Shown here: piece by piece, positions 57,614 to 64,000 of the stretch
Position numbering within the stretch: the first letter of the stretch is position 1
Layout: each line of letters opens with the position of its first letter
Source of the DNA: Candidatus Brocadiales bacterium
Lineage (GTDB): Bacteria; Planctomycetota; Brocadiia; Brocadiales; Bathyanammoxibiaceae
Reading direction: 5' to 3'
Assembly: GCA_046758865.1 (NCBI GenBank)
Contig: JBHIBD010000003.1
Location: 4,440 to 68,439 of the forward strand
Length of the DNA: 64,000 nucleotides
Translations under genes and position numbers: made by a program
The notes under the pieces: model-generated
What the model saw: only the letters and a program-made list of their open reading frames with translations
What the model was told of the DNA's origin: nothing
Databases searched by the model: none

Positions 57614-58516
57614 TTATACTGTCTGGATTTTGCGGTGTAAAAACGACTGTGGTTCAGACCCCACACCCAGGGCCATATTGTCTATCAATCTGGTGCTGCC
57701 CACCCATGCTGCAATGACTGCCACCGCCCCATGATGTGGACGGGCCTCGTCAAGCTCCTCAAGGGTTCCCGGGTCAACGATAGAGACGTAATCTATCGCA
57801 AATACACCGGCCCTGTTGAGGATGTCACGCATCTCCCGAACAAAAATTTTCGTGTCCCTCTCCCCAGAGGCAAAGAGCTCTGTTGCCCTTTCGAGTGCTT
57901 TATGGATGGAGAGGGCCATCTGCCTCTCTTCATCTGTCAGGTACTGATTGCGGGAGCTTATCGCAAGGCCGTCTGCCTCACGCACCGTCGGCAGTATCAC
58001 TACATCTACATCCATCTCCAAATCTCTCACCAAGCCCTTGATAACGGCCGCCTGCTGAAAGTCTTTCTGGCCGAAGTAGGCCCTGTCGGGTCTCACTATA
58101 TTAAATAGTTTGGTCACGACCGTAGTCACGCCTCTAAAATGGCCCGGGCGCGAGGCACCACAGAGCCCACTGGTCAGATCGCCAACAACCTCAACATAGG
58201 TGGAATACCCCTCGGGGTATATCTCCCCGGCACCTGGTGCAAATACGATGTCTACTCCCTCACTGAATGCCACCTCCAAGTCTCTCTCCAACTGCCTTGG
58301 ATAGCTCAGGAAGTCGTCCTTTCTGTCGAACTGGACAGGGTTTACGAATATGCTCAATACAACAGAGTCGTTCTCCGCCCTGGCCCTCCTTATCAGGCTC
58401 AGATGCCCCTCGTGGAGGGCCCCCATGGTAGGCACAAACCCGATGGTCTGTCCCCGGGCCTTCAGAAGGCACACCCGGTCTTTCATATCCCCTGTTTTTT
58501 TAACAACTTCTATCAT
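57614..58516 (-). CDS. panC: Pantoate-beta-alanine ligase
   Basis: GFVPTMGALHEGHLSLI. Confidence 0.92.
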   Translation of the reverse strand: MIEVVKKTGDMKDRVCLLKARGQTIGFVPTMGALHEGHLSLIRRARAENDSVVLSIFVNPVQFDRKDDFLSYPRQLERDLEVAFSEGVDIVFAPGAGEIYPEGYSTYVEVVGDLTSGLCGASRPGHFRGVTTVVTKLFNIVRPDRAYFGQKDFQQAAVIKGLVRDLEMDVDVVILPTVREADGLAISSRNQYLTDEERQMALSIHKALERATELFASGERDTKIFVREMRDILNRAGVFAIDYVSIVDPGTLEELDEARPHHGAVAVIAAWVGSTRLIDNMALGVGSEPQSFLHRKIQTV

Positions 58517-58853
58517 GTTATCGCCAAAAAATCTTTTAGTCCAGATGTTATCAGCTTACGAAATCTTTGTCAATTCAAATTGCACTAAACACGGACAGGC
58601 AAGCAGGGTTCTAACTTCTTCTAGTCCCTGGAGCTAGCAAATTTGACTGATTGGGCAAAATAGATACTGGCTTTAGTGTGTCATTTAGATGCCTCTTTTA
58701 GACAAAATCGTCAACGTATTACCTCAAGCGATTCCTTCTAACAACATTCTGGAATAATCCTTAAAAAAAGTTTTATACTGCCTCATATCAAAAGGTTCTA
58801 GACCGAGTGTGCCAGCAACCTTGTGAGAGGTCAAGTGACCCGAGAATGTTAAT

Positions 58854-59477
58854 ATGATTCCACGTGCCAAGAAAAATCTACACGAGTGCGAATACCACCT
58901 TAAAAAGATGGTTTCTTCGCGCAACGTCGAGGAATTAGAAATTAATTTTGCTGCTTTTGTTAATTCCGCAAGAAATGTAACTTTCGTTTTGAAAAAAGAA
59001 TTTATAAATCATCCTCAATATAAGAAAACTTTTTTAACTTGGTATGGCGATCTGGATTCACCAGAAGCAGGGACTAAGTCCCATGAAATGAGCAGCGATG
59101 ACTTGTGTATATTCTTCAAAAAATTGAGAAACAGCATTCTAAAAGAAGGTATTAATGGGATCGTTTGTAACACACACATTGAGTCTTTTAATTCTTCTAC
59201 AGATCTCCCAGACAAACCTCCGAATGCAAGTATTCAGATTTCTTCACGAGGAATATACTATTTGATAAACAAGGGTACTACACAAGAAGATAGTATCCCA
59301 GCAAGAACAACGGCCAGAATAACAACTTCGGTATTTATTGCAGATCCTCCCAATAAACATCTAGACCAAGCAATTCCCAATAACCAAAAAGACATTTTTA
59401 ATCTTTCTAATAAGTATTATGAGTATCTAAAAAGCGTAGTTGATGAGTGGACAGGCATACTTAATAATAGTAAATAA
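58854..59477 (+). CDS. Hypothetical protein (207 aa), AT-rich orphan
   Basis: Intact ORF with no motif I can recognise. Composition is visibly more AT-rich than the flanking genes. Confidence 0.55.
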   Translation: MIPRAKKNLHECEYHLKKMVSSRNVEELEINFAAFVNSARNVTFVLKKEFINHPQYKKTFLTWYGDLDSPEAGTKSHEMSSDDLCIFFKKLRNSILKEGINGIVCNTHIESFNSSTDLPDKPPNASIQISSRGIYYLINKGTTQEDSIPARTTARITTSVFIADPPNKHLDQAIPNNQKDIFNLSNKYYEYLKSVVDEWTGILNNSK

Positions 59478-59512
59478 CCCCGACCTAATTTTGCTATACT
59501 GGAATAGTGGGT

Positions 59513-59707
59513 AGGGCAACAAGCCCTGCGATACCCATTTCTTGATGTAGCCCCTAGGTGCGTACCGACACACCGTATCATTCTTCTGTAGTTGCTCGAT
59601 TTATCGAGCTTATAAAGCCCCATAAATGGGGCAACTACAAGCGAGTAAAGCATGGCTTTACCACTACAACAGGTGTTTTAAACCCGTAGAATTTGGCATT
59701 GCATTCC
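59513..59707. repeat. 195-bp direct repeat, copy 1 (structured; contains nested hairpins)
   Basis: Base-for-base identical to 60828-61022. About 20 further bp are similar but imperfect. Confidence 0.95.
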
Positions 59708-59935
59708 CAAAGGCCTACTGATAAAATGTGTTTTTGTCAACCTTCATATAGACAGGACCTTCGAGTTCCGAGCATCTACGACGACAACCACACTAGCCTG
59801 AGCGGGGAAGTTACCCGGCTCGTGGCCTTGTAGGCATAGGAGACCTTATCATAAACGAAAACGTTTGCGCCGTGTGCAATACCCAAGAAGGAAATTCAGA
59901 ATAATCCGGCAGAAATCCTGATTGGAGGGGTCATT

Positions 59936-60773
59936 ATGTCACGTAAAACGATAGACAAGGATACTAGGTGGGCAATCAATGACGCACGTCGTCTAATTGA
60001 AAACGCGATGAGGATGGATGGTAACGAGGCGGAAACTCGCAGAAGAGTGGAACGGATTTTTTGAGAGAGTAATGGGCTATGATGTATTGAAACATTTGTC
60101 CCGCGAACGAGCTGTACGAGGTGCTGGAGAAACAGAACATGTTGATTTTAATGTACAATTAGAGCCCGGGGAAGACGCTAAGTCAATCATTATGGTAGAG
60201 CTTAAAAGGGTCGGCGTAGACTTAGCGCTCAAACACCTCAAGCAGGTAACTTCGTATGCTATTGATGCGGGGTGTGAGTGGACTCTCCTAACTAATGGTC
60301 GTGAGTGGAGATTGTACCACGTTGAATTTGGTCAGCCCCCGGAAACGTCCCTATTAGAACAGTGGGATTTGATGAAGGACGATCCAGTTGTTTTAGCGGC
60401 ACGTTTTGAGACCATAAACTACAAGAACGTAAAGAAAGGGAGCCTGGACAAACTCTGGAGAAAAACAAAGGTTTTAGCTAAAGAGAACCTGTTAACGGCG
60501 GTTTTCTCTCCGGAGACGATTAGATTGATATGCCGCATGCTTAGGAAAAGCACTGGTGTAAGGGTTGCACCAGGTGATGTTTTTTCTGGCATGGGTAAAC
60601 TACTAAACGAGTCAGCCGCAATAGAGCTTAGTACCTTGAAGATCGATCCTTCCAAGAAAAGAAGAATTAAACAAAAGGATGAGAAGAAGGAGCAGGGCAA
60701 AATTGCCAAAAGCGAAGTGAGCGTGGAAAAGCCAGAACAAGAAATAGCCCAAGCAAGTAACAACCTGATTTAA
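59936..60773 (+). pseudogene. PD-(D/E)xK nuclease-like protein (type I restriction HsdR N-terminal-domain-like), frameshifted in a T6 run
   Basis: An ATG at 59936 with GGAGGGG RBS opens a 42-codon frame (..NEAETRRRVERIF*) that stops at 60062-60064. The 251-aa ORF continues in the +1 frame (..ERVMGYDVL...VDF...IMVELK). Removing one T from 60057-60062 fuses them. Confidence 0.6.
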
Positions 60774-60827
60774 GACCTACCCTATTACAGTAGCAGAGGG
60801 CAGGTCTTCTTGACCTGCCCTAATCAC

Positions 60828-61022
60828 AGGGCAACAAGCCCTGCGATACCCATTTCTTGATGTAGCCCCTAGGTGCGTACCGACACACCGTATCATTCTT
60901 CTGTAGTTGCTCGATTTATCGAGCTTATAAAGCCCCATAAATGGGGCAACTACAAGCGAGTAAAGCATGGCTTTACCACTACAACAGGTGTTTTAAACCC
61001 GTAGAATTTGGCATTGCATTCC
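60828..61022. repeat. 195-bp direct repeat, copy 2
   Basis: Identical to 59513-59707. Confidence 0.95.
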
Positions 61023-61132
61023 TAAGGACTTGTTGATAAAATAAGACAAGAATTTTTGCCTATCTTTTTGCAAAGTCAATCCTTGTAAATCAAACCCAAT
61101 ATTAAAAAATATTAATACGTGGAGTAATTAGA

Positions 61133-62020
61133 ATGGAACAGGTATTTGCCACTGAGAGCACCCTGTTGACCCTGGAACTGAGGGTATTTTTCGCGGTCAT
61201 AGCGCTTTATGCCCTGAGTTGCCTGCTACACATATCCCAGTTGGGTGTAAGTGTCTTTTTTAGAAATTTTGCGGTGGGCAGGATGGCGACAAATCTCCTG
61301 TATTTGGCCGTTATCGGGCACACCGTCCTCATACTCATACGCTGGGTTGAACAGGGCCAGCCGCCCGTCCAAAACAAATATGAATGCCTGTCCTGGTTTG
61401 CCTGGTGCAACACCATTACATATCTATATATAAGGCGCAGGTGGGCCGAGCTTACCCTGCCAGGCATATTCGTAACAATGCTCTCAACGGCCGCACTCTT
61501 CCTGGCCATAAATAAATACAACCCCGTGGTCGCTCCCCTGGCACCAGCCCTTCAGAGCCCATGGTACTTCTGGCATGTGCTCATTGCATTCGGCGCCTAT
61601 GCCGTCTTTGTGGTGGGCTGCTCCGTGGAGCTTTCGTATGTGATAATTAAGGGACTAGGTTATGCAAAGCGGTCGTGGGAGGATTTTGGATTGCCGTCAT
61701 TGGACGTACAGACCTTTCACGGGCTGGCCTTCAAGCTGGTCCTTTTGGGATTCCCACTCCTTACATTTGGCATAATCTCCGGGGCAGCCTGGGCGGATGA
61801 GGCCTGGGGACGGTACTGGTCGTGGGACCCATTCGAGATACTATCACTTATTACCTGGACGGCCTTCGGGATGTATCTACACACCATGTCTATACCCAAA
61901 TGGCGTGAGGTCTGGGGCTCTGTCTTTTGTCTCCTGGGCTTCGCCTCCATGCTTATTACCTTCATGGGTGCAGGGTTTCTGACCAGACTTTTTGGGCTTT
62001 ATAGTATGCATGCCTATTAG
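61133..62020 (+). CDS. ccsA: Cytochrome c biogenesis protein CcsA (System II)
   Basis: WADEAWGRYWSWDPFE (WWD haem-handling motif); polytopic. Confidence 0.9.
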   Translation: MEQVFATESTLLTLELRVFFAVIALYALSCLLHISQLGVSVFFRNFAVGRMATNLLYLAVIGHTVLILIRWVEQGQPPVQNKYECLSWFAWCNTITYLYIRRRWAELTLPGIFVTMLSTAALFLAINKYNPVVAPLAPALQSPWYFWHVLIAFGAYAVFVVGCSVELSYVIIKGLGYAKRSWEDFGLPSLDVQTFHGLAFKLVLLGFPLLTFGIISGAAWADEAWGRYWSWDPFEILSLITWTAFGMYLHTMSIPKWREVWGSVFCLLGFASMLITFMGAGFLTRLFGLYSMHAY

Positions 62021-62075
62021 GCCCTTCTAAAAATCTTGTTCACCCCTACCATTATGTGAAGGGTGCTGACACACT

Positions 62076-63563
62076 ATGGCCTCAAATATCCTCGACTATC
62101 TATACGGTATTCTAACGTCTACCAAGACCACCATAGTGCTCTTTGCCATCTTGTTCTTGTTTTTCCTGGTGGGCAACGTGCTCCCTTACGGCGGGAGCTA
62201 CGAGCAGATAAAGGTCACCGGATTCACACGTACAATTATAGAGGGCCTTGACCTACTCAACGTATATTCAGGGCCTTGGTTTCTGACTACAGCAGGGCTG
62301 TTATTCCTTAATCTTTCCTTATGCACCTACAAGCGTACGATGTGGATGATCAGAGTCAGGCGGCCCGCAGAACTGGCTGCCACCACCTTATCTGCCCACA
62401 GGGACACCCTGGAGCTAGAGCTGCCCTACTCGCCCAAGGAAACCACCAGCAAGGTCGAGGCATTCTTCCGCAAGAGGCTGTTCTTTAAAAAACCCTCTAC
62501 CACACGCGGCAAGGGCATATACTCTGGAGGTGTCCATGAACAGGGATTTATCCACTATATATGGCTTTCCCTTGCCTTCCACGTCTCAGTAATCTTGGCT
62601 GTTATAGGAGCCACCATCACCTTTCTCTTCTCATTTGAGAACGAGGTGACCATCTTTCCAGATGCGCCTGTGGAGATAGCCACCGTCTCCCCAGACACCA
62701 GATGGAACAAGTGGTACGGCCAGGGAGAAGATTTCATCATCTCCGAGGATGAGAAGTTTAATCTAGGTCTCAAGGAATTCTCCATAAAGTATACCCAAAG
62801 GCCATCTATAACGGATTTCCCCAGAAGGGGTATCATCCCCAGGCTCAAGGAGACCTGGGGTCTGGGAGGGCTTACTGTTGTCGCTAAGGAGGGCCAATAT
62901 TACCCGATAGAATACGCAAGCCAGTTGGTTATATATGAAAATGGGGAGCCTGCACAGGAGCCTTATATCAAGGTAAATATACCCCTGCGTTACCGGGGGC
63001 TGACATTCTACCAGAGTGCGTATGAGTATAAGTACGACCTATATGCCGATAATAAGAAGATAGAAGAGAAAGAGGAGGGCAAATACATCCTTCCAGGTAT
63101 AGAGGGAGAGTTTGAGGCCGGGTATGTCACTGCTGGTAAACTGTACCTCAAGGATGGCAGTGTCTGTGTACTGGAGCCGTTTATTAAACTTACATATACA
63201 CCCCCCGAGTCAGAGCAAGAGACCACCAAGACGAGCAAAGAACACGGGTCAGAGGTCTTTAAGCTTATCGAGGGTAAAACCACGGATATTAAGGGCACAA
63301 AGGTCAGGATTGAAAACATCCGCGCCGCAACTATTCTTAGCTATCGTCACGACCCCGGTGTCCCGCTACTGTGGATAGCAGCCCCGGTGTTGTTCTTTGG
63401 GATGTTGTTCCGCGCATGGGGCAGGTGGTGCCGGGCGAGCTATATCGTGGAAAAGAGGCCCAAGGGCAGTCGCCTCCTGGTGCATCTCCAGATGTTTGGT
63501 GTCTGGGGAGGCGAACGTAATATGATTGAAAGGTTAAAGAGCTCATTGGTGTCAGACGAGTAG
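62076..63563 (+). CDS. ccsB: Cytochrome c biogenesis protein ResB/CcsB (System II)
   Basis: N-terminal TM helices, a large soluble loop and a C-terminal TM helix; adjacent to ccsA. Confidence 0.8.
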   Translation: MASNILDYLYGILTSTKTTIVLFAILFLFFLVGNVLPYGGSYEQIKVTGFTRTIIEGLDLLNVYSGPWFLTTAGLLFLNLSLCTYKRTMWMIRVRRPAELAATTLSAHRDTLELELPYSPKETTSKVEAFFRKRLFFKKPSTTRGKGIYSGGVHEQGFIHYIWLSLAFHVSVILAVIGATITFLFSFENEVTIFPDAPVEIATVSPDTRWNKWYGQGEDFIISEDEKFNLGLKEFSIKYTQRPSITDFPRRGIIPRLKETWGLGGLTVVAKEGQYYPIEYASQLVIYENGEPAQEPYIKVNIPLRYRGLTFYQSAYEYKYDLYADNKKIEEKEEGKYILPGIEGEFEAGYVTAGKLYLKDGSVCVLEPFIKLTYTPPESEQETTKTSKEHGSEVFKLIEGKTTDIKGTKVRIENIRAATILSYRHDPGVPLLWIAAPVLFFGMLFRAWGRWCRASYIVEKRPKGSRLLVHLQMFGVWGGERNMIERLKSSLVSDE

Positions 63564-63670
63564 GGGCAGGGGCAAAGCGCCCTGCCTGCTATAGTGGCAT
63601 CCGCACCATTTGCAGGTTGCCTGGCATGACATATTTTGTTACAATTTATTAGGTTTCGAGGAAACAAGAA

Positions 63671-63925
63671 ATGAAGGAAGGAATTCACCCTAAATACGTA
63701 GAGGCAACTGTGACCTGTGGATGTGGGGAGACATTTAAGACCCGCTCTACAAAGCCGAAGATAGTGGTTGAAATCTGCTCAAAATGCCATCCGTTCTACA
63801 CGGGTAAACAGAAGCTGGTAGACACCACAGGCAAGGTCGAGAGGTTCCGCCGCAGGTATAAGCAGAAAAAGACGGCTGAGACCACCGAGACAGCCGCACA
63901 AGAAACAGAGACAAAAGAGGATTAA
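63671..63925 (+). CDS. rpmE: 50S ribosomal protein L31
   Basis: MKEGIHPKY...[13 protein letters not shown]. Confidence 0.93.
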   Translation: MKEGIHPKYVEATVTCGCGETFKTRSTKPKIVVEICSKCHPFYTGKQKLVDTTGKVERFRRRYKQKKTAETTETAAQETETKED

Positions 63926-64000
63926 TAGTGTAGCGAAACAAGCTCGCATGTCTGTAAGTAAAAACCAAACACCATGAACAAAGTATTACTGCAGAAATTA

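Noticed and set aside
59417-59653. Two minus-strand ORFs (59417-59653 and 60777-60968) sharing MLYSLVVAPFMGLYKLDKSSNYRRMIRCVGTHLGATSRNGYRRACCP, considered as a duplicated small gene.
   Set aside because: The shared 46 aa simply reflect the identical 195-bp repeat. No Shine-Dalgarno sequence precedes the ATG, the two ORFs diverge immediately outside the repeat, and the region is dominated by hairpins.
59513-61022. Whether the ORF-repeat-ORF-repeat layout is an integron cassette array (attC sites) or a CALIN.
   Set aside because: I could not find the RYYYAAC / GTTRRRY core sites at the repeat ends. The repeat is not an overall imperfect palindrome, and no intI gene is present. The possibility is only weakly excluded without an attC covariance model.
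1-64000. A search for selenoprotein genes (in-frame TGA joining two same-frame ORFs) prompted by selC, and for IS, prophage or integrase genes.
   Set aside because: No adjacent same-frame ORF pairs with family continuity across a TGA were seen by eye. No transposase, integrase or phage structural genes were recognised. A proper bSECIS/TGA-aware search is still needed.
63974-64000. An ORF start (ATGAACAAAGTATTACTGCAGAAATTA, MNKVLLQKL) after rpmE, possibly prfA.
   Set aside because: Only 9 codons lie in the window, which is too little to support a call.

Overview
This is a 64 kb, gene-dense chromosomal segment of a bacterium. I cannot assign a taxon from sequence alone. The content (a 14-gene complex I operon, several c-type cytochromes, System II cytochrome c maturation genes, tRNA-Sec) suggests a respiratory, probably anaerobic or microaerophilic organism. 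Gene order, left to right: a specialised ACP-FabZ-KS-KS' lipid/polyketide-type cassette that runs off the left edge; an FmdB zinc-ribbon gene; a Cache-HAMP-PAS-HD-GYP sensor; a Cys-rich Fe-S membrane protein and a geranylgeranyl-reductase-like flavoprotein appended directly after nuoA-N (all minus strand); folD; an IspH::UbiA-like fusion; DUF502; a conserved hypothetical; selC; two class-II cytochrome c lipoproteins; a glycogen cluster (glgC, RR/HK, GH57, glgB, glgA, galT-like); a DUF1573 / UshA-like tetrahaem cytochrome pair; two PQQ-type beta-propeller paralogues; plsC; nusA-infB-DUF503-rbfA-hisG; a TPR lipoprotein; yebC; hflX; a small GIY-YIG gene; lgt; panD; panC; an AT-rich two-gene islet; ccsA-ccsB; rpmE. 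Nearly every longer intergenic spacer is filled with short palindromic (REP-like) repeat modules. I distinguish at least six families by eye, and they recur in mosaic combinations. The most notable observations are: (1) a GIY-YIG gene bracketed by inverted copies of the commonest repeat family and by a perfect 61-bp direct repeat; (2) a KS partner with Glu in place of the catalytic Cys; (3) an IspH fused to a 9-TM UbiA-like domain; (4) a GGR-like/Fe-S pair tacked onto the nuo operon; (5) a palindromic repeat sitting in frame inside a secreted propeller gene; (6) an AT-rich islet whose two orphan genes are each followed by an identical 195-bp structured repeat. All calls rest on reading the sequence and ORF track by eye; no searches were run. 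Many ORF-track starts are TTG/GTG-extended, so several start coordinates are approximate.
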